NCBI GenBank assembly: GCA_030264375.1 | Contig: JASCQW010000109.1 | Span: 54,279,161 to 54,342,907, forward strand | Direction of reading: 5' to 3' | From: Carcharhinus longimanus | Taxonomy: Eukaryota | Length of the DNA: 63,747 bases | Part shown: in pieces, positions 1 through 12,709 of the stretch | Numbering within the stretch: the first letter of the stretch is position 1 | How the letters are laid out: each line of letters starts with the position of its first letter | Notes under the pieces: generated by a model | The model's database searches: none | What the model was told of the DNA's origin: nothing | What the model saw: the letters and a program-made list of their open reading frames with translations, nothing else | Made by a program: the position numbers and the translations under genes

Positions 1-169
1 CCACCCTCTGAGTGAAAAACTTACCCCTAACATCACCTCTGTACTTGCCTCCCCGCACCTTAAATCTGTGTCCTCTCAGATTCAAAATGCATTTGTAAAC
101 AAGATGAATACGAATTTAGGAGACGACAATACATTTGAGAACTTGGAAAGGAAAAGGGAGTTTGGTTAT

Positions 170-620
170 AGAGTCATGGAGGTTTACAGCATGAAAACAG
201 GCCCTTCAGCCCAACTTGTCCATGCCGCCCAGTTTTTACCACTAAGCTAGTCCCAATTGCCCACATTTGGCCTACATCTCTTTATACCTATCTTACTTGT
301 CAAAATGCTTTTTAAAAGACAGAATTGTACCCTCCTCTACTACTACCTCTGGCAGCTTGTTCCAGACACTCACCAACCACTGAGTGAATATACTGCCCCT
401 CTGGACCCTACTGTATCTCTCCCCTCTCACCTTAAACATATGCCTTATAGTTTTAGACTCCCCTACCTTTGGGAAAAGATGTTGACCATCTACCTCTCAT
501 TATTTTATGGACCTCTATAAAATCACCCCTCAGCCTCCTACACTCTAGGTGTAAAAAGTTCCAGTCAATCCAGCCTCTCCTTATAATGCAAACCATCAAA
601 TCCCGGTAGCATCCTAGGAA
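170..620 (-). mobile_element. CR1/HER1 LINE 3' fragment (another at 1-80)
   Basis: Minus-strand RRLRGDFIEVHKIMRG and a CR1-type 3' UTR. Confidence 0.75.
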
Positions 621-918
621 ATTTAGTAAAATTATAGGGCAGTAGTTTGTAAGGATCAAGAATTTTTAATGTTTCTTTTGAGGAGGTGAATCCTGATGCA
701 AGTTTTGAAAGAAGGACCATTGACCATCAATGAGCATGGGGGCGAGGAAAGGAATTTTGCTGGTCAACTATTCCCTGGGAATTCAGTTAGGAGAATGGAA
801 GATGGATCACATGGAGAAAATGAACTGTGAGGTAGTATGGGGGAAGTTCCCCGAATAATGGAGGAAGATATGGGGGAGTAGGGGCTGGATTTTTCAGGAA
901 CCATTCAAAGTTTTTTTA

Positions 919-1200
919 AAAAGTTTATTTATTAGTCACAAATAAAGCTTACATTAACACAACAATAAAGTTACTGTGAAATTCCCCTAGTCACCATATT
1001 CCGGAGCCCATTCATGTCAATGCACCTGACCAGCATGTCTTTTCAGAATGTGGGAGGAAACTGGAGCACCTTGAGGAAATCCATGCAAACAAAGGGAGAA
1101 TGTGCAAACTCCACACAGACAGTGATCCATGCCAGGAATCGAACCTGCGTCCCTGGCGCTGTGAGGCACAGTGCTAACCACTGTGCTACCATGCCACCCC
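919..1200 (-). mobile_element. V-SINE type B
   Basis: Reverse complement of the 10024-10330 type. Confidence 0.8.
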
Positions 1201-2590
1201 TTCTACCCTGCTTCATTTGCGCCACAAATCCCATTATGGCCACAAATGCTCACAAGAGGGCTATAATGGACAAACACTCACGAGAAGGCCTATCAGGGGA
1301 TTTGTGTGGGGGAGATCTCAGAATCAGATCTTCCCCACCCCACCGCTGGTGACATAATCAGTAAACCTGATTACTATTAATTTAAATAGATTTAAATATT
1401 CTTAAATAGCTTAACGCTGTTACTTCTGGGTCCATCAGATGTTCCTGCCCGTCAGTGCAGTGTCACTCCAGCAGGAATCAACACTGCTCCCTAACAATCA
1501 AGGTGACCATGCCAAGTGTGCGAAGGCCAATGTCGCCCTGGGGTGATCAGGGACATGACACTTCGAGGGCGGCATTGCCAGGTGACACCGTAAAAGGTGA
1601 GGCAAGGGGACAAGGTCTCTCGGAACCCAAGTGGGGCTTTCCATTATGTTGGGGAGCAGCAATAGTGGGAGGTGGAAGGGGTTGTGCTTACATTGCAGTA
1701 AAGGGGTGAGGGAAGGTATTGCACTGGTGATNNNNNNNNNNGGGCGATGGTCGGGCTCTGATGCCCAAATGCTACCAATGATAATGGTGTGGGTTGCCAG
1801 GTCACTCTGATGCCTAATTTAAGCCTAATGTGGTGTAAGGCATTACAAAGGTTGAGGGGGTGAGGGAGTTAAGGCCATGGGCAAAATTATAAAGGTGCAT
1901 GATGATTTTGAATCTGTTGTTCTGGGTTTCAGAAGGCAATGAAGATTGATAGGGATTTGGGTGAGAGGTAAGCAGGTTTTAGTGCAGGACAGAATCCAGG
2001 CAGCAGGGCTTTGGATGGGAAGGGCATTATACAGGGCAAAACTCAGTTGATTGGTGAAGCTGGTGTTGAGGTTGAATGGAGAGGTAATAAAAATGTGAAT
2101 AAGGGTTGCAACAATGTTGGGCATGGCATTATGGTGTAAATGAGTAATGCTCTTTTGGATATGACTAGGATCATAAATAGATTATAACATTCATCTCAAC
2201 AATTCACCCTCCTAGTTTATAAATGGTAGACTGATTTGGAAACCACATTCCCATGGTGACAACAACCCACCACAGATTCAAGTATTGCTGGTTTGAACAT
2301 TGAACTGAATCACACAGTTAAAATATTTTAGATTTCAGTTACTTTTAAAATGAAAATTGAGCACTATTTTGCTTCTTGTGGACACTACCTGATTATACTG
2401 TTACAATTTCCATAATGGGTACACAGCTTGCACATTTAACAACATTTTATTGAATTATACAAAAATCACAGCACAGAAACAGGCCATTCAGCCCATCAAG
2501 TCTCTGCTGACATTTATTCTCCACACAAATCTCCTCCTACCTATGTAACAAACTGCATCAACATGTCTCTTCATTCCTTTTTTCCTCATT

Positions 2591-2906
2591 CAGTGGCACA
2601 GTGATTAACACTGCTGCCTCACAGCTCCAGGGATATGGGTCCGATTCCCGGTTTGGGTCACTGTCTGTATGGAGTCTGTACATTCTTCCCTTGTCTGCGT
2701 GGGTTTTCTCCGGGTGCTCCAATTTCCTCCCACACTCCAAAGATGTCCAGGTTAGATAGATTGGCCATGCTAAATTGCCCTTAGTGTCAGGGGGACTAGT
2801 TAGGGTAAATACATGGTGTTATGGGGATAGGGCCTGGGTGGGTTTGTGGTCGGTGCAGACTCGATGGGCCAAATGGCCTCCTTCTGCACTGTAGGGATTC
2901 TATGAT
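2591..2906 (+). mobile_element. HE1-type V-SINE nested in a CR1 fragment
   Basis: tRNA head, V-domain and tail atggcctccttctgcactgtagggattctatg. Confidence 0.85.
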
Positions 2907-4813
2907 TATATGCACTTATCCAGTTTCCTAATAAATGCTTTTATGTGATTGACTTCAATGACTCTAATGTGGCAGCATGTTACACATTCTAACCATTCCA
3001 TGTACAAGTTTCTCCTCAGTTCTTTATTGAATTTATTAGCGATTATCTTATGTTCATAACCACTTGCTCTGACCTCCTGTATCATTGGAAACTTTTTCCA
3101 GTCTCCCCTATCAAACAACTTCATCATTGAGAGATGACCTCCCAAATGTCTCTGTCCTGGAGAAAAAAAGCCTCTGATTCTCCTTCGTCATGTCAGCATG
3201 GCAAACTATTATCACTTGGGTGATGCTCGCCAAACTAGGCAGGGGCTGCTAAGGTGGTACACCTGATGATGAGAACTTTCAAATGGAAACAATCTAAAAA
3301 TGGGTCCTAGAGATTTCATGTGATGGGGCTGCGACTATTTCTTTGGACAACACGTTCCACTGTGGTATTGCCCTTGAAAGGAAAGATTGTTAATACACTA
3401 TCTTGGAAATAAATGGCAGGAGATTTCCATGGTCAGTTTGCCGCAGGTGCAGATCCCATTATGGCTGCAAACTCTTGCGAGAGAGACATAATGGAATTTG
3501 CGCTGGGAGGATCTCAAAATCAGATTATTGCTCCCACCTCCCCCGACCCCCCCAAACCCCAGCAGCAACATCATCAGATTCATAGCCAGAGAGGGCATGA
3601 ACTTGATTTCCAATTTAAATAGATTTAAATATTCTTAAACGGCTGAACGGCATTGCTTCTGGAGGGGTCAGATGTTTCCCCACTGTCCCGTCTGATGTCA
3701 TTCCAATGGGAATCATTACTGCTCTCCGGTAGTCAATGAGCACACTGGGGGTGCGGAGGCCAGTGTTACCCTTGGGTGGTCAGAGACGTGGCTGAGCAGT
3801 GCCCTGGCACTGCCCCCTGAGACCTTGGCAGTGTTAACTTGGGTTTGGGGAGAGGACAGGGAACCTTATTGTGGGGAGGGGGCAAGGAGAATTTCCTAAT
3901 ATGGGGGGGGGGGTGGTGGGTAACAATGCCAGTAAGGATAGACGGGGAGGGGGGGGAGGAATTATGCCAGTGAGGATGGATGAGGGAGTCCCAATGTCTA
4001 TGAAGGGTAGAGCGGATCAGGAGAAGAGGAGCCTGTGTCTTTATTTGGAGATGGGGTGCTCTCTGTGGAGACAGCTTTGCTGGCTGTATCAGGCCCTGCT
4101 CCATAAGAATTATGCCGCAAAATACACTTCCATGTGTGACAAAGCATCAGAAGATTTGGAGTGGGATTTTCCAGCTATGCTTGCCCTAAAACTGGAAAAT
4201 TCATCCGAGGTCAGTAGTCCTTTGTATTGTCCCTCCCCACCCCCAAACCGCACACCCCCAACCCCCCTCCACCACCTGCTATGGTTCCATTTAGGGCAGG
4301 ATGGGAAAACTCCCCCCTTGGAGTGAAAATCTGACTGTGATTCTGGGGAGAAACATGTCAGTTTTTAGGTCGAACCTGATATTTCTTTTGGAAATTCTGC
4401 CCATGGTCTTTGCAGTTTGAGTGAATGACTACCTCGTATTTTGTTATTGTTGGAGGACACCAGATTCTTGTTTCTGCCAAGTCTCACCAGTTCATGTCAA
4501 TATTTTGTAAGACATGGTCAGTCTATTTTTCACCTTCCTTTGCTGTAATGATTCCCATCCCAAAACTTCAATCAAGGATTGTGCTCTGGTCTATTTCCAA
4601 TACTCTTTGATGCAGAATCATGCAGCACATCTTTGGATCACTTCAGTCTTATTTACATCTCTCCAACAGAGAACCTGCATGCTCGCACTTTGGATGAACA
4701 AATATTGGTAACTCTGATATTTTTGTTGCAATACCTAAGATCCCTCCTCAGAAATCCAACAACCCTGTTTGATTTGGATGATAACTGCTGAATGTGGAAT
4801 CCACATACGACCA

Positions 4814-5420
4814 CAAGATATAGGAGCAAAATTAGGCCATTCAGCCCATTGAGTTTGCTCCACCATTCAATCATGGCTGATATTTTTCTCATCCCCATTC
4901 TCCTGCCTTTTCCCCATAATCCCTGATCCCCTNNNNNNNNNNNNNNNNNNNNNNNNNNNNNNNNNNNNNNNNNNNNNNNNNNNNNNNNNNNNNNNNNNNN
5001 NNNNNNNNNNNNNNNNNNNNNNNNNNNNNNNNCTCCACCATTCAATCATGGCTGATATTTTTCTCATCCCCATTCTCCTGCCTTTTCCCCATAATCCCTG
5101 ATCCCCTTATTAGTCAAGAACAATCTATCTCCGTCTTAAAGACACACAATGACCTCATTTCCACAGACTTCTGTGGCAAAGCATTCTACAGATTCACCAC
5201 TCTCTGGCTGAAGAAATTCTTACTCATCTCTGTTTTAAAAGATCGTCCCTTTAGCCTGAGGTTGTGCCCTCTGGTTCCAGTTTTTCCTACTAGTGGAAAC
5301 ATCCTCTCCACATCCACTCTAGCCTTGCAATATCCTGTGAGTTTCAATAAGATCCTCCTTACCCTTCTAATCTCCAACGGGTACAGACCCAGAGTCCTCA
5401 ACCATTCCTCATACGACAAG
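4814..5420 (-). mobile_element. CR1 LINE 3' fragment
   Basis: LSYEEWLRTLGLYPLE..VDVERMFPLVGKTGTRGHNLRLKGRSFKTEMSKNFFSQRVVNL. Confidence 0.85.
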
Positions 5421-6043
5421 TACTTCTTTCCAAGTACGGTTATATCGAGAGATATAGAGATATAAGGCACGGAAACAGGGCCTTCGGCCCAATTTGTCCA
5501 TGCTGACCAGCTTTCCTAAGCTGAACTAGTCCCATTTGCCTGCGTTTGAACCATATTCCTCTAAACCTTTCCTATCCATATACCTGTCCAAATGCCTTGT
5601 AATATTGTAATTGTACCTACCTCTACCACCTCCTCCAGCTTCCGCCTATATTTCTCTACCCATTGACAAATTCACTTGCAGAACTCTTGGTGACGCAGTA
5701 GGTGGCATTTTCTGGCTGCGCTCGCCTGGTCCTTTGCATGGTCCTGTTCTGCCTGCTACAATTCCCATGGCGGGCAGGACAGGAGAATTCTGCCCCACAT
5801 TTTTTGCCATTGAAAACCATTTTCCATCGTGGTGTTGCCAATTTTGCAATTCCAAGAATCTTGCAGCGAGCTGACCTGACCTGGAGTTTTCCTTGATGGG
5901 GTAAACTGCACAGTCATCTGCAAATGGCCCAACCCTTCTGGTGAAAACCTGTTCAGTTTTCTTTCCCCCTGATAACCATGAATAAAAGTGGGGCGCAATG
6001 TGACTGGGGCGCAATGGTCACACGCGTTTAATTAAACTTTGCA

Positions 6044-6068
6044 GGACTACAAATCCCAAGAGCCCTGC
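6044..6068 (+). promoter_or_regulatory. ZNF143/THAP11 (SBS) promoter motif upstream of SOWAH
   Basis: GGACTACAAATCCCAAGAGCCCTGC matches ACTACAnnTCCCA, about 260 bp before the ATG in a CpG-enriched region. Confidence 0.6.
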
Positions 6069-6312
6069 TCCAAAGCAGTCTCCTCCCTTTGGTTTTCACT
6101 CGCACGTAATATGTGATAATCTCCCTCTAGTCCTGTTCCGGAAATAACAGGTATTGCAGGAAAGACAAGGGGAGGGAAGAAGGGGAGAGTGGATGGGCTC
6201 AGTCTCATGACAGCTTTGCTCGGCGGGGCAGGGCAATTCCTTTACCTTAGAGAGAAGTGGGGAGCACTCGAGTGAGTGGAGTTTAATTTTATTTCCCCTT
6301 AGCCCAGGTGAA

Positions 6313-8082
6313 ATGGAGCCAGCTCTGAGCCAAGAGGGGGTCATTAAGTTCCTAGTGGAAGCTGGGGGCAAAGTCAAGAACTCGGAACTGTTGCACAATT
6401 TCAGGAACGAGTTGGCATCCGACGATGCCCAGCGAAAGCGAGAAGCCCGGGAGCTCTTCAAAAGGTTCATTAATAACGTGGCGGTGGTGCGCGAAGAGGA
6501 AGGAGTCAAGTTTGTGGTCTTGAAGAAAAAAATGCAGCACCTGGTGAGTGCTCGGCAGACTTTCTCCCCGGCCGCAGGGAGGCAGAGAGAGCGGGGCAAG
6601 GTGCTGGACAAGGGGGAGAGTTTGGGGAACTTGCTGGAGGCTGCTGAAGCCAAGGGGGGCTTCCATCAGTCGGGGGCTCGGAGAAATTCAGCCCCTTCTG
6701 CGCTGTCACCCACTCAGGTTAGAGCCCTGGGCGGCTTGCCAGCTCCCCTGGAGGGACACAGAAACGCCGAGACTGCCACCAAGCTTCAGGATACGGGGGC
6801 TCAGGGGTGGGAGGTCCACAATCTGCACCTTACCAAGAGCCATAGCCTTGAAGAGGTGATGGACAATCCCCCCTGGCAGTCACAAGCTCCTGTTGAGGGT
6901 GGATTTGAGGAGGGTGCTTCAATCTCTGCACCTTCTGACTCATCTGAACAAGTTGCAGGCGGGGTTAAAGCTGTGCTTGCCACTGACATTGTCTCTGAAC
7001 CTGAGCACTCGGACCCCCCTTCCCCCACCGAAAGCAGCAATTTAAGTTTCGAGCAAAAGCTGGGAAACTATGAAGCTAATTCCAATGAGGGGGAAGCTCC
7101 AAAAGTTCCAAAGGCTATACCGACCCAAAAACCCAAGCCGCATATGCACCCCCTCCGCCTGCCTCCAGACTCCAGTAGATATACTGATTGTCAGAGCCAC
7201 TATCAACACACAGAGGAGAAGGGTTTGGAAGATCCAATTAAGAATGAGCACATAGCAGTTCCGGATGACCAAGATGCCCCAGGGGCATCCAACATGAAAA
7301 GGAGCCAACCGAAAGAGATGGGTTCAAGCTCGCCTCAGCTGAAGAGATTGTCTAGGTTGGCCGAAGATGCCCGTTTCTCTGATCAGATTCCGTTGGATCC
7401 CATCGAGCATGAATGGATTGTGAAAACTGCCTTGGGCCACTGGACCCAAGTATCGGGGCTGCTGCTGAGAGACAGCTATTTGGCCGAGAAGAAGAACTTC
7501 ATGTCTGGCTTCACTGCTATCCACTGGGCAGCCAAATCTGGCAACAGTGAGATCATGTGCTGGATCGTTGACACAGCTGAGGACAATGGCATTGCAATGG
7601 ACGTCAACGCCAAAGCATACGNNNNNNNNNNNNNNNNNNACATCGCTGCTATACATGGCAAAGAGAATATTATTGTTGAGCTGGTAGTAAAATATGGAGC
7701 AAAAACAACTCTAAGGGACTATAGTGGCAAGAGGCCATACCATTACCTAACCAAGGATAATTCCTTCAAAGTGAGGCAGTTGTTGGGGGACCCGGAGGCT
7801 TGGACCACTGAATCTGTCCCTCATAGAAGGGGTTCAAAGGGAGCATCTTCCATCCTGAGCAGCACAAACACTCTGCTGGGCGCATTCGTTGATGACATGA
7901 GCTTCCAGGAGTTTTCCAAATCGTTGAAGAAATCAAGTAATCTAAGCAAGTTCTTTACTGCTCCGAGTGGGCACAAGAAAAGGCCTAAAATGCGCATGAA
8001 CTTTGCTTCACTGAACGAGGAGGAAGAAGAGCAAGAAGAGATTGTTCTGAAACGTCGACCTGTGACTGACATGTTCTTCTGA
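6313..8082 (+). CDS. SOWAHA: Sosondowah ankyrin-repeat family protein, single exon, 589 aa, probably SOWAHA
   Basis: The N-terminus has the SOWAH signature (LSQEGVIKFLVEAGGKVKNSELL...RELFKRFINNVAVV). The C-terminal part has PLDPIEHEWIV and ankyrin repeats (NFMSGFTAIHWAAKSG; IAAIHG; RDYSGKRPYHYL). The 18-N gap spans exactly 7 codons where xGYTPLH is expected. The paralog is inferred from tail-to-tail synteny with a SHROOM1-like gene. Confidence 0.85.
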   Translation: MEPALSQEGVIKFLVEAGGKVKNSELLHNFRNELASDDAQRKREARELFKRFINNVAVVREEEGVKFVVLKKKMQHLVSARQTFSPAAGRQRERGKVLDKGESLGNLLEAAEAKGGFHQSGARRNSAPSALSPTQVRALGGLPAPLEGHRNAETATKLQDTGAQGWEVHNLHLTKSHSLEEVMDNPPWQSQAPVEGGFEEGASISAPSDSSEQVAGGVKAVLATDIVSEPEHSDPPSPTESSNLSFEQKLGNYEANSNEGEAPKVPKAIPTQKPKPHMHPLRLPPDSSRYTDCQSHYQHTEEKGLEDPIKNEHIAVPDDQDAPGASNMKRSQPKEMGSSSPQLKRLSRLAEDARFSDQIPLDPIEHEWIVKTALGHWTQVSGLLLRDSYLAEKKNFMSGFTAIHWAAKSGNSEIMCWIVDTAEDNGIAMDVNAKAYXXXXXXXIAAIHGKENIIVELVVKYGAKTTLRDYSGKRPYHYLTKDNSFKVRQLLGDPEAWTTESVPHRRGSKGASSILSSTNTLLGAFVDDMSFQEFSKSLKKSSNLSKFFTAPSGHKKRPKMRMNFASLNEEEEEQEEIVLKRRPVTDMFF

Positions 8083-8250
8083 ACACTTTAGTCATTTTTA
8101 AAGTGAACGGAATGGATCAGTGAAGCTACTGCTTCTGGTGTTGTGTTAATAGGTGATTTTTGGGTGATTGGGTCAAAATGTAATCTTATACACTAATCAA
8201 AAGTTTATAAATGTTTACGGTGCTGTGGTTTACGTACAGCACCATCTTGT

Positions 8251-8256
8251 AATAAA
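8251..8256 (+). promoter_or_regulatory. Candidate proximal poly(A) signal of SOWAH
   Basis: AATAAA lies about 170 nt after the stop codon, overlapped by TGTA and followed by a GT/T-rich tract. A distal AATAAA is at 9962-9967. Confidence 0.45.
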
Positions 8257-10023
8257 CACGTTTTGTTTCTAGAATTTTCTTATGGTCAGTTGATTGTTAA
8301 GTGAAAATATTAAAGCAGAGGTTACCATATGTGCGGGACATGGGTCAGAATTCTGGTGTTACCGCAGAGAGATTACATTATAGCCCCACACACTGCAGCA
8401 GACTACCAGTGTGGCCATGGTTTGGGCGGGAGGGAGGGGGAGGGGGGGAGCTTCATATCTGGCATGCCTCCCAGATTGCCCATTAGCCCAGGAAGAACGT
8501 TTTAATGAGCTCTGTCGTGGGCTCTCTGAAGTTCATAAATTTTGTCAGGACTTAGTGATTTAACTGCTGACCTGTCATTCCTTGTGGGGATTTGTGTTTT
8601 GTTCACATTCATATGTTTAGTTGAATAATGACCTGGACTTCCTGCCTCAAAATCATTTGCAGCAGCACTGATGTGATGTGTCCAAGGTGCTTTGGTCAGA
8701 ATCTTTTAAATCATTACGTCCCTGCAGTTTTTGGTTAGGAGGCCACGATGGTGACTCCTGTGCCCTCACTCTTCTCCCCTCACCCCAGCCCACTGCGTCT
8801 TCTCCACTCTGAGGCATACTTAAGAATCTTCAGCTCAGGTTACAGAGAAATCCCACAGCAGATTCTTGTTTATTTGATTATGAACTGCATGCTCTTTATC
8901 GTGAGGGACTCAGCGTATTTACACAAGTCCAGGAAGCTTATGTGCATGTTGGTAATAGCTCAAGCTTATGATCCTAAGCATGTAGCTGTTGGTGTTTAAC
9001 CCCTTTGCAACTGCACAAAGCAATTGTGGGCTTGTCGAGTGAGGACCAACCAACCCATTCGGTCATTGTTTTCGTGGTGATTCTGAGATGAGAGGGAATA
9101 AATCTGGCCCCTTTAATGAGTTACTGCCCTCAATCTGACTTGTGTTGAATCACTGAGTTCTCCAGTGGAGCATTGATTTAATTCAATTTTTTTATTGTAA
9201 GCTGTCATTTTGGAGACAACTTAATGCCCAAGTTGGATATCTATTAGGCAATTAGCGGTGGAAATTAAATATGGAGATCTAGCCCTTTTTAGTACGTACT
9301 GCTTTTGTGTCATACCAAATACAATTTTGAATAATTCCCACTGTTTGCAAGTTGAACAGTTCAACCCAGCTTACTGTGGTCATGTTATTTCTCATGCCTT
9401 CAAAGTTTGCATTGGTTTGTGATCCTGGTTTGTGACCATTGCTTCTCACTCTCAAACCTAGTATCAAATTTGACATATTACCATCGCTATTTGAAAGAGT
9501 ATCCGTTACTTGTCAAATTATTCATGGATGTTAGTTCATCATTTTCTGCTGAAGCCAATATGTTCCCTTGCCATTTATAAAACTTTCAGAAATTGAAGAA
9601 AAACTAGAGGACTAATTTCAGAAGCTTTGTTCAAATAAAGTTGACCTGTAATTTTTTAAACTTATTTCCTGTCATGTGAGGAAGAGCGCTATGCTGAGAA
9701 ATCTTCACACATCTTAAAGCTGTGACAGCTTTATTTGAATCCACTGATAAAAGTGAAATTGTGCTTTCATTTATTAATGTTATTTGAGTACAAACAAGCC
9801 AATACATTTGAATAAGTTTTAAACTTAAAATTACAACTACATTTTTAAATGAAACTTTTTTTAACTTCAGAAAATGTGTGAAGCTGAGAAACATAGTGAG
9901 CACCTACAGTAACATAAGGCAAAGCATAGACTTAATCATATTGTAAAGTGTGTGGAGGATCAATAAATCAATATTTTTAATGTACAGAATTTAAGGGGAA
10001 ATGCCTTTTATATATGAGCAAAT

Positions 10024-10330
10024 GGGGCGACACAGTGGCACAGTTGTTAGTACTGCTACCTCACAGCGCCAGGGACCCAGGTTCGAATCCCGGCTTTGGT
10101 CACTGTCTGTGTGGAGTCTGCATGTTCTCCCCGTGTCTGCGTGGGTTTCCTCTGAGTGCTCCAGTTTCCTCCTACAGTCCACAGATGTGCTAGTTAGATG
10201 CATGGGCCATGCTAAATTCTCCCTCAGTGTACCCGAACAGGCACTGGAGTGTGGCAACATGGGGATTTTCACAGTACCTACATTGCAGTGTTAATATAAG
10301 CTTACTTGTGACACTAATAAATAAACTTTA
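10024..10330 (+). mobile_element. V-SINE variant with alternative tail (type B)
   Basis: HE1-like head and V-domain, then aaattctccctcagtgtacccgaacagg...cttgtgacactaataaataaacttt. Confidence 0.85.
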
Positions 10331-12709
10331 AAACTAATAAAGTAAGAAATCTCAAATTTGTGTAATTAATGGTAAGAATTCAATACCGTGAGGAATCCAG
10401 CCTGTGCTCTCTATGCCACTGAACCATAATGTTGAACTAGTCAATCCCCCTTGGCATTATAGACGAGAGTTAAGATCAAGTATGGTGAAGAAGGATAACT
10501 GTATCAGCATGAGCAAATATAATTGATTCCCATTAAAAGTCATGAATTTCTCTATTAAACGAAAGGTACAGAGCAGCAAGAGTCAGAAACTAAAGTAATG
10601 ACATTCCATCACTTCAGTTGACTGGCATGGATGCATCAAGAAAATTAAGCTCAACAAAATATGTAGGCAACATAACAACAGATCAACTCACCAAGTTACA
10701 GCTCTAGACAAAATATAATAATCAAACCCAGGCTTTCAAGAAAAAAACCTAATAAAGCAACTCAAATACATGAAAGAAAATTTAATGGCTGAATTTAATC
10801 AGTTTATATAAATCTTTGTGTGTAATTTACTGAACTTTTGGGTTAAACTTTCACATTAAAAATTATGTTTCTAATTACTTCAGCAACTTATGGGGAATCA
10901 GTGGTCCGATTGTGCAAATGCAATGATATACTCATGATAAAGTAAGGGACATTACATGGCACGCGATGTGACACTTTTGACATTGAAAAGACCCTTCGTG
11001 CAAATAGGTTTTTGATTATATTCCAGTGAAACAGTGTGGGATTTTGCTTTCTGCATTAAAGGTGCTATTTAAGAGGCAGTAGTTGTAAAAGGCACTGCAG
11101 GTTATTGATATTTTCAGTGAAATGCCAGCCTTTCTATCTATAGTGTAATAAATGGCCGAATATTGGTTTAACTTGTCACATATTTCAGAATCAGGGATCC
11201 CTTTGTTAAACACATTAATGAAACTGATCTTAACATGAAGGAAAGGAATGTCACAGAACTTGCTTTTGGTTTCATATTGCTGGGTGTTTTCACATCGCTG
11301 CCTGTAAAATGCATGACTGTAACCTGGAGACCCTTTACTTTTCCTCTTTAGATCTTTGTACTTAGAATCCTTACAGTGCAGAAGGAGACCCTTCAGTCCA
11401 TCAAGTCTGCACCAACCCTCCAACAGAGCATTTTACCCAGGCCCCATCCCTATATTCCCATGCATTTACCCTGCTAATTCCCACAATTTACGCATCCTTA
11501 GACAGTAATTTTGCATGGCCGATCTACCTAACCCGAACACCTTTGGACTGTGAGAGGAAACCGGAGCATCCGGACTAAAAGAAATTCACCTGAATGGCTT
11601 AGCTAGTTTCCTAAAATTACACTTCTTGCATCAAAGATTCTGACCCTGACCAATGGAGCACTCTTGATTTTGACAAATGCTGAATGTGCCATGACCTTTT
11701 ATTAATTAACCAATGCGTAGTTCAGTGATATCAGAAAACAGAGAAGGTCGCAGTCGGTCATCAGGCTCAGAGAAACTCAGAGCTGTGATGCCAACAGAAG
11801 AAATAGTGACTTGATGTCGTTTTCTTTTCTGGTCTCTCTTCATAATAGCTCCACTTAAGCATCCCCTCCTTAAAGTGGCTACTCAGGCTGGGGCACCATT
11901 CCATTAGCTGCCCTTAGGCCAATCTTTCTGTTTGAGACTTCATGGTACTTGAGCCTACTCTTCTCTGGAGGGCAGGAGAACACAGTTAGAGCTGAGGAAT
12001 GAAAAGCAAGACCAATTTAACCCTCCCAGACACTGATGCCTGGGTGCAGATTAGCTAATGCTGTCTGTGTGGCGTTTGCACATTCTCCCTGTGTCTGCAT
12101 GGGTTTCCTCCGGGTGCTCCAGTTTCGTCCTTCAGTCCAAATATATGCAGGTCAGGTGGATTGGCCATGCTAAATTGCTCCTCAGTGTCAGGGCTGAATG
12201 GCCTCCTTCTGCACTGTAGGGATTCTATGCATACAGTTTGGCTAGGGTATAAAATGAGTCTTAACAATGTAGCTCAGTGTCATATGATGCAATGCCTTTG
12301 CCTACTGAGAAATTGGAAACCTGACCACAATTTGGGCGAGGGTTTTGTTGAATACAACCACAAACACTTCCAGCAAATGATGATAGCATCAAGCAAGAAT
12401 TTTTGGATCAAGTGGAAGCTGGTAGAGGTAGCTTGATTCTAAATTAAGTTGTGATCTGACTGGTCACTATGCTCATTGACTTCTGTTCAGGTGAAATAGC
12501 AGCCCAGTTCCCATATTATATTTCCTTATAACTGGTGCATCACTCATGGACAGAATTATTGGATCAATTAGGCTATGATCAACAAAGTATTGGGGCTGGA
12601 TTCTGAACTATGGCCTTATCCCAACTCTCATAAGGAAATTTCCTTTCCCAATTTTGCATGCTTCAGTGCCATCACCCTCTTGTGGGGATGGCTTTAATTT
12701 GCAAAGCTT

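Noticed and set aside
3766-4326. 112- and 151-aa Gly/Pro-rich ORFs
   Set aside because: Low-complexity G/C tracts inside interspersed repeats, with no recognisable domain.
6096-8072. Antisense and alternative-frame ORFs over SOWAH
   Set aside because: Shadows of a GC-rich CDS with no independent features.
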